This document shows, one piece after another, positions 1 through 6,430 of a stretch of 14,181 nt of DNA; position 1 is the stretch's first letter, and each line of letters begins with the position of its first letter. Origin of the DNA: an uncultured Gammaproteobacteria bacterium (GTDB lineage Bacteria > Patescibacteriota > Microgenomatia > Daviesbacterales > UBA10151). The position numbers were made by a program, and so were the translations under genes. Where the stretch lies: assembly GCA_964522265.1 (NCBI GenBank), contig CAZFVS010000015.1, positions 292 to 14,472 of the forward strand, in the 5' to 3' direction. The notes under the pieces were generated by a model. It saw only the letters and a list, made by a program, of their open reading frames with translations, made no database searches and was not told the DNA's origin.

Positions 1-872
1 ACATTAAGTTTAAGCAGATCTGAGTTGGAAATATGGCCTTTACTGTATCCTACCTGTATGCTGCCTCTTTTTGCCTTAACTTTTTTCACAAGGTCAATAT
101 TTAAACCTTCATGCGTTTTATCATAGATACCACCTTTTGAATCAGACACCGCGACTACTTTATATCCGTTTGCATAAAGGAACTCAGCCTCATGCATTCC
201 CGCGTTTCCAAATCCCTGGATCGCCACAGTCAGCGGTTTTTTAAACCCAAGCTTTTCAACAAGTGCTTCCAGGACATAAAACCCTCCCAATGCAGTAGCC
301 ACCCCCCGTCCTTCAGAGCCTCCATGCTCTAGTGATTTTCCTGTAATCACAGCCAATGCTTTGGGATCATTAAATTTTAAACCATTTTCTTTGGCATATT
401 CTTCTTCTATTTGGTCCATCTGTTTTGGACCGGTATTTACATCAGGCGCCGGGATATCTTTATCAGGACCGATATTAGGGGCAAGTTCATGACCAAAAAG
501 CCTGGTCAGCCTTTCCAGCTCCCCTGACAATAAAGCTTTGGGGTCAACTTTGATGCCGCCTTTACCGCCACCAAGAGGAAGATCTAAAACCGCACATTTG
601 ATCGTCATCCATAAGGCTAACGCTTTTACTTCATCAATATCAACATCAGGATGATACCTTAAACCACCTTTGTAGGGGCCAAGCCAATTGTTATATTCCA
701 CCCGGTAGGCCTCATATATCTCAAATTTTCCGGAGTCTCTTTTTAGGGGTAAATGAAAATATATCTCCCGCTCAGGTTTTGATAAAACCTCTAAAACAGC
801 AGGGTTAATATTTGCTACTTTGTCTGCTTCAGCGAGTTGTGCCAAAGCATTCTCAAACGGGTTTTCTTTCAT
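1..872 (-). CDS. gdhA: Glutamate dehydrogenase (Glu/Leu/Phe/Val dehydrogenase family), 5' partial: about 290 N-terminal codons, 3' end runs off the left edge
   Basis: Own translation of the reverse complement from the ATG at 872-870: MKENPFENALAQLAEADKVANINPAVLEVLSKPEREIYFHLPLKRDSGKFE...WMTIKCAVLDLPLGGGKGGIKVDP. The LPxGGGKGG catalytic-lysine motif (555-572) is in frame with this ATG. Missing from the ORF track because no stop lies in the window. Confidence 0.9.
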   Translation of the reverse strand, partial: MKENPFENALAQLAEADKVANINPAVLEVLSKPEREIYFHLPLKRDSGKFEIYEAYRVEYNNWLGPYKGGLRYHPDVDIDEVKALALWMTIKCAVLDLPLGGGKGGIKVDPKALLSGELERLTRLFGHELAPNIGPDKDIPAPDVNTGPKQMDQIEEEYAKENGLKFNDPKALAVITGKSLEHGGSEGRGVATALGGFYVLEALVEKLGFKKPLTVAIQGFGNAGMHEAEFLYANGYKVVAVSDSKGGIYDKTHEGLNIDLVKKVKAKRGSIQVGYSKGHISNSDLLKLN

Positions 873-892
873 ACGGTTGTTACGAGACCTCT

Positions 893-2167
893 TCATCGGG
901 GTCCTCCAACCAGAATCCGCTCAAAAGGCTTGCTGTTTTCAAATGGACCGATCACCTGTAGATTAAACTTTTCTCTTCTGAAAAGTTCACCGGCAACAAG
1001 TCTTACATCCCCGACGCTAACATAATCTATTCTTTTTTGCAAGTCCCCAAATTCTTCGATTTTACGATCTAAAATAAAGTTGGTACTTAAATATTCCGCT
1101 AAAAAATTTGTTGATTCAGCTTTGATTGACAACCTGCCTCTGATCATCTCTTTGGCTTTTCTAAGTTCATCATCAGTAATGTTCTCCTGAGTGATTCTTT
1201 CCAGTTCTGATATAATAACTTCCAACCCATCGGTAACTTTTTCCAGTTTTAATCCGGCATAAACCGCAAAAGAGCCCGTGTCTTTGTAAGGATCAAAACC
1301 AGCAGAGATATGATAGGCATACCCGCGTTTTTCCCTCACCTGGATAAATAACCTGGAGGACATCCCTTCGCCCAGAATCACTCCCAAGACTCTGGCAGCA
1401 TATCTTTTATCATCATACCGATCATATCCTTCAACTCCTAAAATCAGGTTTGCTTGGTCTGATTTCTTATGGAAAACGTCAATTTTGGGTTTGTTCTGTT
1501 TTTGCTTCTTAAAAGGCAAAAAATTGTATTGTGACCTTTTGGGCAAATCCAGGAAATATCTTTCGGATAACTTTTTAATATTTTGTGGCAGGTTGCCGGC
1601 AAGAACCAGCACCATATTTTTGGGTGAGTATAAAGCATCAAGGTATTTAACAAAGTTTAGCCTTTCAAAAGCATTAATAATTTTTTCCTCCCCTCCGGTA
1701 TCCCAACCCAAAGGAGTATCCCCAAACTGCAGCCTCTCATAAAGATCCCAGATATGGCGGGCCGGGTTATCCCGATACATCCGGAGCTCCTCAGCAATTA
1801 CCCCTTTCTCTTTTTCAATCTCGTCCTCCTGCAGCAACGATTCTTTAAGCTGGGAGGATAAGATATCCATCGCCATTTCAAGATGTTTGGCTGAAGACTT
1901 GATCCAATAAAATGTGTACTCTTTACTTGTTGCTGCATTGTTGATAGCACCCATCCCGTCTACTATTTCCGCAATCTGCTCCGCTGTTGGATATTTGCGT
2001 GAGCCTTTAAAAAACATATGTTCCAAAAAATGAGAGATACCGTTAATTTTTCTAGTTTCATACCTTGAACCAGCCCCAACTGCCATAAGCGTTGTGACAG
2101 AATCAAGATGGGGAAGATTCATGGTGATTAAGGTTAGACCATTTTTAAGGGTTGTCAGATTATACAT
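893..2167 (-). CDS. M16 (pitrilysin/insulinase) family zinc peptidase
   Basis: 424 aa ORF with the inverted zinc-binding motif HxxEH (HFLEHMFFKGS) near the N-terminus, a downstream NAATSKEYTFY segment typical of M16, and two-lobe length. ATG start, TGA stop. Confidence 0.9.
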   Translation of the reverse strand: MYNLTTLKNGLTLITMNLPHLDSVTTLMAVGAGSRYETRKINGISHFLEHMFFKGSRKYPTAEQIAEIVDGMGAINNAATSKEYTFYWIKSSAKHLEMAMDILSSQLKESLLQEDEIEKEKGVIAEELRMYRDNPARHIWDLYERLQFGDTPLGWDTGGEEKIINAFERLNFVKYLDALYSPKNMVLVLAGNLPQNIKKLSERYFLDLPKRSQYNFLPFKKQKQNKPKIDVFHKKSDQANLILGVEGYDRYDDKRYAARVLGVILGEGMSSRLFIQVREKRGYAYHISAGFDPYKDTGSFAVYAGLKLEKVTDGLEVIISELERITQENITDDELRKAKEMIRGRLSIKAESTNFLAEYLSTNFILDRKIEEFGDLQKRIDYVSVGDVRLVAGELFRREKFNLQVIGPFENSKPFERILVGGPR

Positions 2168-2186
2168 AATGTCCTTTAAGGGATTT

Positions 2187-2471
2187 TTATCTTATGAAGT
2201 CATCACTTTCCCAATCATTTAAATCTTCAGTCCAGGGTTTAATTGTACGTCTGCCTGTAAAAGATATGTCAGAAAAAGCATCATTATCAAAATTTGGTGC
2301 AGCGACTGCAGAATAAAGACTACCCATGTCCGCCACACTTTTTCTGTTTTCTTGAACCTGTCTGCAAAAATCTATCGCATCATTCCCGCTTGAGATACCG
2401 CAAGCTGCCGCAGGACACCAACCGTCTTTGGAATACTGAAGATAGGGACAATCAAACCTGCATTCTACCAT
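2187..2471 (-). CDS. Small Cys-rich hypothetical protein (94 aa) with an acidic C-terminal segment
   Basis: Five Cys in the first 36 residues (C4, C8, C19, C24, C36); C-terminal DLNDWESDDFIR. The ATG lies exactly 6 nt downstream of a GATAAT -10 paired with a TTGACA -35, which is leaderless geometry. I recognise no homology. Confidence 0.55.
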   Translation of the reverse strand: MVECRFDCPYLQYSKDGWCPAAACGISSGNDAIDFCRQVQENRKSVADMGSLYSAVAAPNFDNDAFSDISFTGRRTIKPWTEDLNDWESDDFIR

Positions 2472-2477
2472 GTTGGT

Positions 2478-2507
2478 ATTATCTTAGCAATTAACACTTT
2501 TTGTCAA
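2478..2507 (-). promoter_or_regulatory. Sigma70-type promoter: -35 TTGACA, 18 nt spacer, -10 GATAAT, then 6 nt to the ATG at 2471
   Basis: On the minus strand, TTGACA is the complement of 2502-2507 and GATAAT the complement of 2478-2483. The spacer ACCAAC (2472-2477) precedes the ATG. No SD is present. Confidence 0.5.
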
Positions 2508-2561
2508 GCATTAATTTTTTAGCCTCAAAAGGGGACGCCTTTCGTGCGTAGGGTTGTGGGG

Positions 2562-3896
2562 TTATTTGATTTTTGGACCTTCAGGAGCATCTTCTATCTC
2601 AAATCCCATATCTTTTATGCTTTTTCTAAGCTGGTCAGATTTTTCAAAATTGCTGTCTTTTCTGGCCTGTTCCCTTTCATCAACCAAAATCTGCACTTTA
2701 TCGGGTATATCAATTTTTTTACCTAAATACTTATCAAGCCCAAGCCCCAAAACCTGGTCCATCTTAAGCAAGCTTTCCGCTTTGGCAGAACTAGGGTAAT
2801 CCGACTTAACTAAATCCCACATAACAGCCAGGGCTTGAGGTGTGTTTAAATCATTGTTCAGCGCTTTAAAAAAATCCTCTTCATACTGAGCGCAGCCGAT
2901 TTTGGGCTCTTCCCAATCTCTAACTGTCTCCCTCAAGTTGTTCAGAGCATTCTGCGCCGCTTCCAGTGATTTCCATGTAAAATTCAATTTATCCCGGTAA
3001 TGGGCAGTCAAAACCAGGTAGCGCAGCGATAAAGGATCCATATCCTTACTCTCTACATCCCTTAGTGTATAAAAATTATTGAGCGATTTGCTCATTTTTT
3101 GCCCATCAACTAAAAGATGCTCGCCGTGGACAAAATATTTTACAAAAGGTTGGCCTGTTTTTCCTTGCGCTTGGGCTATCTCATTTTCGTGGTGCGGGAA
3201 CATTAAATCAATCCCGCCTGCATGGATATCTAAAGTATCGCCCAGGTATTCCTGGCTCATGACTGAACACTCTATATGCCAGCCGGGCCTGCCTTTCCCC
3301 CACGGTGAATTCCAACCTACCTGATCCGCTTCAACACTTTTCCAGAGTGCGAAATCCTGTACACTGTCTTTACTGTATTCATCAGATAATATTCTGGTTC
3401 CGCTTTTAAGCTCACGTTTTTTAACTCCTGATAATTTTCCATAATCCGGAAATTTTGAGATGTCAAAATATACCGACCCATCTTTTTCAACGTAAGCCAG
3501 TTTTTTTTTCACCAGGCTTTCTATATATTTAACCATCTGAGTAATATGTTCAGTCGCTTTTGGCTGAATGTCCGGCAGTGTAATATTCAATTTATTTAAA
3601 TCCTTCAAAAAAAAGTCGGTAAATTGTGTGGTAAATTCTGAAATTTCCAGATTTTTTTCTTTGGCTTTTTTGATTATTTTGTCATCTATATCGGTGATGT
3701 TTTCTACGAAAGTGACTTCATATCCTTCCGCCTTAAGAACCCTTCGTAAAACATCATACATTAGAAAGCTGCGCAGATTTCCAATATGGGCAAAATCATA
3801 AACAGTCGGCCCGCAGGCATATATGCCAACCTTTGGGGGATTAAGGGCAATAAAATCTTCAATTTTGCGGGTTAAAGTATTATAAAGTTTAAGCAT
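2562..3896 (-). CDS. cysS: Cysteinyl-tRNA synthetase
   Basis: 444 aa class I aaRS. HIGH motif (AHIGNLRSF), KMSKS motif (GQKMSKSLNN), and CysRS zinc and cysteine-binding residues (YACGPTVYD, HIECS, FPHHENEIAQ). Confidence 0.97.
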   Translation of the reverse strand: MLKLYNTLTRKIEDFIALNPPKVGIYACGPTVYDFAHIGNLRSFLMYDVLRRVLKAEGYEVTFVENITDIDDKIIKKAKEKNLEISEFTTQFTDFFLKDLNKLNITLPDIQPKATEHITQMVKYIESLVKKKLAYVEKDGSVYFDISKFPDYGKLSGVKKRELKSGTRILSDEYSKDSVQDFALWKSVEADQVGWNSPWGKGRPGWHIECSVMSQEYLGDTLDIHAGGIDLMFPHHENEIAQAQGKTGQPFVKYFVHGEHLLVDGQKMSKSLNNFYTLRDVESKDMDPLSLRYLVLTAHYRDKLNFTWKSLEAAQNALNNLRETVRDWEEPKIGCAQYEEDFFKALNNDLNTPQALAVMWDLVKSDYPSSAKAESLLKMDQVLGLGLDKYLGKKIDIPDKVQILVDEREQARKDSNFEKSDQLRKSIKDMGFEIEDAPEGPKIK

Positions 3897-3905
3897 GTGG
3901 AACCT

Positions 3906-3934
3906 AGTATACTAGAATAGGGTACCTGGAGCAA
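3906..3934 (-). promoter_or_regulatory. Candidate cysS promoter: -35 TTGCTC, 17 nt, -10 TATACT, 9 nt to the ATG
   Basis: TATACT is the complement of 3906-3911 and TTGCTC the complement of 3929-3934. There is no SD between the -10 and the ATG (AGGTTCCAC), so the predicted 5' UTR is only a few nt. The weak -35 keeps confidence low. Confidence 0.3.
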
Positions 3935-3956
3935 TAATAGTTCTCGTCATTACATT

Positions 3957-3978
3957 GAAAATTCCTTCCCTTGGAAGG
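3957..3978 (-). terminator. Short intrinsic-terminator-like hairpin directly after the stop of the Q/E-rich ORF
   Basis: Minus strand reads TAA-CCTTCC-AAG-GGAAGG-AATTTTC: a 6 bp GC-containing stem, 3 nt loop and T4 tract. The stem and T-run are both short. Confidence 0.4.
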
Positions 3979-4413
3979 TTACCCTCCTCCCACCCCTTTA
4001 TTTTCCATCTTGGTTCTCTTCCTCTGAATAACTATCTGTTGTTGCTCTTCTTTTTCATTTTTTTTAACCACGTCAAGCTGCTTTACTTTTTGTTCTTCTT
4101 CAACCTCTTCCTGTTCTTTTTGTTTTTCAAAAAATTCTTTTGCTTTGGCCAATCTTTCCTGGTCTTGCTTGATAGTTGTAAAAAATTGGTTTATCCTCCG
4201 TATCTCTTTTGCTTTTTTTTGCTGTTCAAGCTGTTCCTGTTGTTGTTTTTGCTGAATCTGTTGGGGTGTCTGTTGACCCGGGTAACCCTGTAAAGACTGC
4301 CCTGCTTCCTCCACAACTTCTTCACCTTGTTTGATAGCAGGTTCCACTACAGATTGCTTCACCATTTGGGCAAACTCAGAAGCTGCACCTTTTACCCCAT
4401 TTCCATCAGCCAT
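3979..4413 (-). CDS. Hypothetical Q/E/K-rich, probably coiled-coil protein (144 aa)
   Basis: ATG start preceded by GGAGGT (complement of 4426-4431, 12 nt upstream). Low-complexity QQxQQ, EEQ and KEK tracts; glycine-rich C-terminus (KGVGGG). No recognisable domain. Confidence 0.6.
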   Translation of the reverse strand: MADGNGVKGAASEFAQMVKQSVVEPAIKQGEEVVEEAGQSLQGYPGQQTPQQIQQKQQQEQLEQQKKAKEIRRINQFFTTIKQDQERLAKAKEFFEKQKEQEEVEEEQKVKQLDVVKKNEKEEQQQIVIQRKRTKMENKGVGGG

Positions 4414-4460
4414 ATTTTTATATTAACCTCCAAATGCCCAAGATACAAGAACTATACGCG

Positions 4461-4871
4461 CTACCTTATTGAAGCAGAAATTTTAGTATTAAATGATTCC
4501 AAAATATCACTGAATGCAACTCCATCTTTAATTTGTAAGTCAGACGAAAAATGATGGGTATGTCTTTGTCCGGCTTCCTCAAATTTTAAAATATCTACTA
4601 TATTTTGGCCTGGATAACCTATCTCAATATCATAAGTAATTTCATAATCTCTCCCCGAATCCTCTCTGTCAATTCTGATAATTATCATCTCATAAGGAAA
4701 ATCTTTAGGGCGGATACGAATCTGCATTTTGGGTTGGGCGCTTTCTTTGATGTTATGTAACCCTAAACTCTCCCTTCTCTTCTTTAACTCTATGGGTAAT
4801 TCCCATTTTTGAGGTCTAATAAATACTTCTACTTCGTCAAAGCCTACCCCTCCAAATTTAAAATCCCGCAA
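4461..4871 (-). CDS. Hypothetical protein (136 aa), beta-rich by composition, no recognised domain
   Basis: The ORF opens with TTG at 4871-4869. The open frame extends upstream to 4943 but contains no ATG, GTG or TTG. The start is uncertain (see finding). Confidence 0.55.
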   Translation of the reverse strand: MRDFKFGGVGFDEVEVFIRPQKWELPIELKKRRESLGLHNIKESAQPKMQIRIRPKDFPYEMIIIRIDREDSGRDYEITYDIEIGYPGQNIVDILKFEEAGQRHTHHFSSDLQIKDGVAFSDILESFNTKISASIR

Positions 4872-4903
4872 TTTATATGCATAAATTTTATCTCCCTCTG
4901 CTG

Positions 4904-5284
4904 CTAATTTCTGCTCATAACGGATATTTCTTTGTAAAGATAGTTACCGTCAGCCAGAGCAACACCAATCTGAATCATAGGTTCAATTGCCCTTAGCACT
5001 GTTTCATACATATCTGCTCCGCTAGTTTTCTTTTTTGCTTTTTCTAAAGCACTTACTGCAATATTTTGAAGAGTGAGCATCATTCCATCAAATACTGAAT
5101 TTGCATCCCGTCTAATCTTTTTTTCTTGAGTGTCAATTCTTAAATCACCTTCCAAACCTTTGTGGAAGGCTACTCCAACACCATCTTCCGGCGGGTTGTC
5201 AGGATCACAATATTTTTCAATTCTTGCCATAATTTCATCTAATTCTTTATGTTTTGGGTTTTCTTGTTCTTGGGTATCGTCCAT
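4904..5284 (-). CDS. Hypothetical protein (126 aa), acidic N-terminus, no recognised domain
   Basis: ATG start, TAG stop. First gene after a TGT-TATACT extended -10 element. I recognise no homology. Confidence 0.6.
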   Translation of the reverse strand: MDDTQEQENPKHKELDEIMARIEKYCDPDNPPEDGVGVAFHKGLEGDLRIDTQEKKIRRDANSVFDGMMLTLQNIAVSALEKAKKKTSGADMYETVLRAIEPMIQIGVALADGNYLYKEISVMSRN

Positions 5285-5313
5285 AACACTAACAACTTAA
5301 CATAACTTACCCA

Positions 5314-5332
5314 AGTATAACAAGATCTTGTT
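5314..5332 (-). promoter_or_regulatory. Extended -10 promoter candidate (TGT-TATACT) overlapped by a perfect 14 bp palindrome AACAAGATCTTGTT
   Basis: TATACT is the complement of 5314-5319 and TGT the complement of 5320-5322. The palindrome spans 5319-5332, between the recR stop (5341) and the start of the 126 aa ORF (5284). There is no convincing -35. Confidence 0.35.
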
Positions 5333-5340
5333 GAATTAAA

Positions 5341-5958
5341 TTAATATTCTTTCCTTCCCTCTAAAGCCCTGGTTAGTGTTGTCTCGTCCGCATATTCCAA
5401 ATCCCCTCCCACAGGCAGTCCTCTGGCAATTCTGGTAACTTTTACACCAAGCGGTCTGATCAGTCTGTCAATATACATGGCTGTTGCCTCCCCTTCCATT
5501 GTTGGATTTGTGGCCAAAATTATCTCTTTGACAGCCACTTGGCCTGAGCCTGTCGAAGGCTCTTTAAGCCTGGGCAATAGCTCACGGATGTGCAACTCAT
5601 CAGGACCAATATTCTCAAGCGGCGAGATGCAACCATGAAGGACATGGTAAAGCCCTTTAAAGTTAGCCCGTTCAAGCGCCAAAACATCCAAGGGATCCTC
5701 CACAACAGCAATAATTGATTTGTCACGGGCGCTGTCCTCATCTATCTCACAGGGGTCAGCTTCCGAAATATTAAAACATGTTGAGCAGATAACTGTTTTT
5801 TCTTTTAAAGCAAGCGCTGACTCTGCTAAAGCTTTTGCTTCTTCTTTTGGGGCATGAAGCAGATAGTAAGTCAACCGCTGGGCAGTTTTGGGACCAATGC
5901 CGGGCAAACGCTCAAATGCCTCAATTAAATTTCTTACAACTTTGGGAATGGTAGCCAT
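5341..5958 (-). CDS. recR: Recombination protein RecR
   Basis: 205 aa. N-terminal helix-hairpin-helix (LPGIGPKTAQRL), zinc-finger region (CSTC...PCEID), Toprim segment (IIAVVEDPLDVLALE) and C-terminal GLPVGGDLEYAD. Confidence 0.95.
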   Translation of the reverse strand: MATIPKVVRNLIEAFERLPGIGPKTAQRLTYYLLHAPKEEAKALAESALALKEKTVICSTCFNISEADPCEIDEDSARDKSIIAVVEDPLDVLALERANFKGLYHVLHGCISPLENIGPDELHIRELLPRLKEPSTGSGQVAVKEIILATNPTMEGEATAMYIDRLIRPLGVKVTRIARGLPVGGDLEYADETTLTRALEGRKEY

Positions 5959-5968
5959 ATCCAGTCAA

Positions 5969-5997
5969 ATGTTAACACAGGGGTTGATCATTGACAA
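5969..5997 (-). promoter_or_regulatory. Candidate recR promoter: -35 TTGTCA, 17 nt, -10 TAACAT, 10 nt to the ATG
   Basis: TTGTCA is the complement of 5992-5997 and TAACAT the complement of 5969-5974. The -35 overlaps the -35 of the plus-strand promoter by 5 bp. No SD precedes the recR ATG. Confidence 0.35.
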
Positions 5998-6018
5998 TTT
6001 CACTTTGTTGGTTATAAT
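5991..6018 (+). promoter_or_regulatory. Consensus sigma70 promoter: TTGACA (5991-5996), 16 nt spacer, TATAAT (6013-6018)
   Basis: Both hexamers match consensus perfectly. The predicted +1, 6-7 nt after the -10, coincides with the A of the ATG at 6025. Confidence 0.7.
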
Positions 6019-6024
6019 TCAAAC

Positions 6025-6273
6025 ATGCGGGCAAGAGGAGCGGAGTTTGAACACCCAACAGTTGAGTTGCATAAGTATCAGTTGCTTGATCTTAGCTCAT
6101 CTAAACTGAGGGAAGTAGCTGATTTATTAGATAAAGATCCTGTGTACCAAAGAATGCATCGAACACTATACGATCCAGAATATGGCGGCGGCAGCTTTGG
6201 GGGACCCCGGTTTCATTATTTAAGGGAGGTATTAATTAACAGAGTTTTACAACTGCTGGTTGCTCCAGACTAA
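6025..6273 (+). CDS. Hypothetical 82 aa protein on a predicted leaderless mRNA
   Basis: The only plus-strand ORF in non-overlapped space. ATG at the predicted +1 of the consensus promoter. About a third of codons start with G, which looks coding. Contains a GGGSFGGP glycine tract. No recognised homology; a non-coding RNA cannot be excluded. Confidence 0.45.
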   Translation: MRARGAEFEHPTVELHKYQLLDLSSSKLREVADLLDKDPVYQRMHRTLYDPEYGGGSFGGPRFHYLREVLINRVLQLLVAPD

Positions 6274-6342
6274 CTACATTTAAATCCCATAACCTGAGGT
6301 ATTGTTACAGTCAGCCTTATTTTAACAGGAGATCACCCTCAA

Positions 6343-6390
6343 AAATTAATTCCAAAATTAATTCCAACTCAATTTCATTCTAACTCAATT
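6343..6390. repeat. Short direct repeats in the convergent intergenic spacer
   Basis: Perfect tandem 12-mer aaattaattcca at 6343-6354 and 6355-6366, followed by the 9-mer aactcaatt at 6366-6374 and 6382-6390. Confidence 0.6.
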
Positions 6391-6400
6391 CTATAAACAT

Positions 6401-6430
6401 ACAATTGTGTCCACGTAGAGAAGATTGTTA
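6401..6430. repeat. Left copy of a ~30 bp imperfect direct repeat bracketing the PaaX-like gene
   Basis: acaattgtgtccacgtagagaagattgtta matches 7016-7045 (acaattgttgctacgtaggaattattgtta) at 23 of 30 positions. Contains the palindrome ACAATTGT and overlaps the gene's stop codon (6428-6430). Confidence 0.5.

Noticed and set aside
1444-1653. Minus-strand out-of-frame ORFs nested in real genes (1444-1653 inside the M16 peptidase; 5520-5741 inside recR).
   Set aside because: They are fully embedded in alternative frames of genes with clear family motifs, and there is no evidence for overlapping coding.
2535-2549. Possible intrinsic terminator after cysS (ACGC-loop-GCGT followed by CCCCTTTT on the minus strand).
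   Set aside because: It has only a 4 bp stem with a 7 nt loop, which is too weak to call. The downstream promoter is better supported than this hairpin.
3501-3509. T9 (A9 on the coding strand) homopolymer inside cysS.
   Set aside because: It encodes an in-frame KKK within an intact full-length CysRS, with no sign of frame disruption. It is only a potential sequencing or slippage hotspot.
3955-4293. Plus-strand 112 aa F/L-rich ORF, and similar plus-strand track ORFs (837-1025, 1485-1742, 2294-2494, 2544-2799, 3079-3324, 3568-3801, 4327-4554, 5888-6109, 6457-6642, 7922-8134, 8310-8540, 8829-9074, 9271-9522, 9686-9871, 10341-10607, 10919-11389, 11719-12087, 12470-12989).
   Set aside because: All lie antisense to, or overlap, well-supported minus-strand genes. 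Their compositions (F/L-rich, S-rich) mirror the low-complexity or codon bias of the real gene. They have no independent start or promoter signals, so they are shadow ORFs.
6025-6340. Possibility that the strongly promoted plus-strand region is a known structured RNA (tmRNA, RNase P RNA, SRP/4.5S RNA, 6S RNA).
   Set aside because: I could not find the hallmark sequences: no GGGG...acceptor or T-arm with a CCA-proximal GGTTCGAA-type loop, no GAGGAAAGTCC-like RNase P core, and no SRP GGAA/AGCA domain IV motif. The frame shows coding-like first-position G enrichment. A novel ncRNA is still not excluded, which is stated in the finding.
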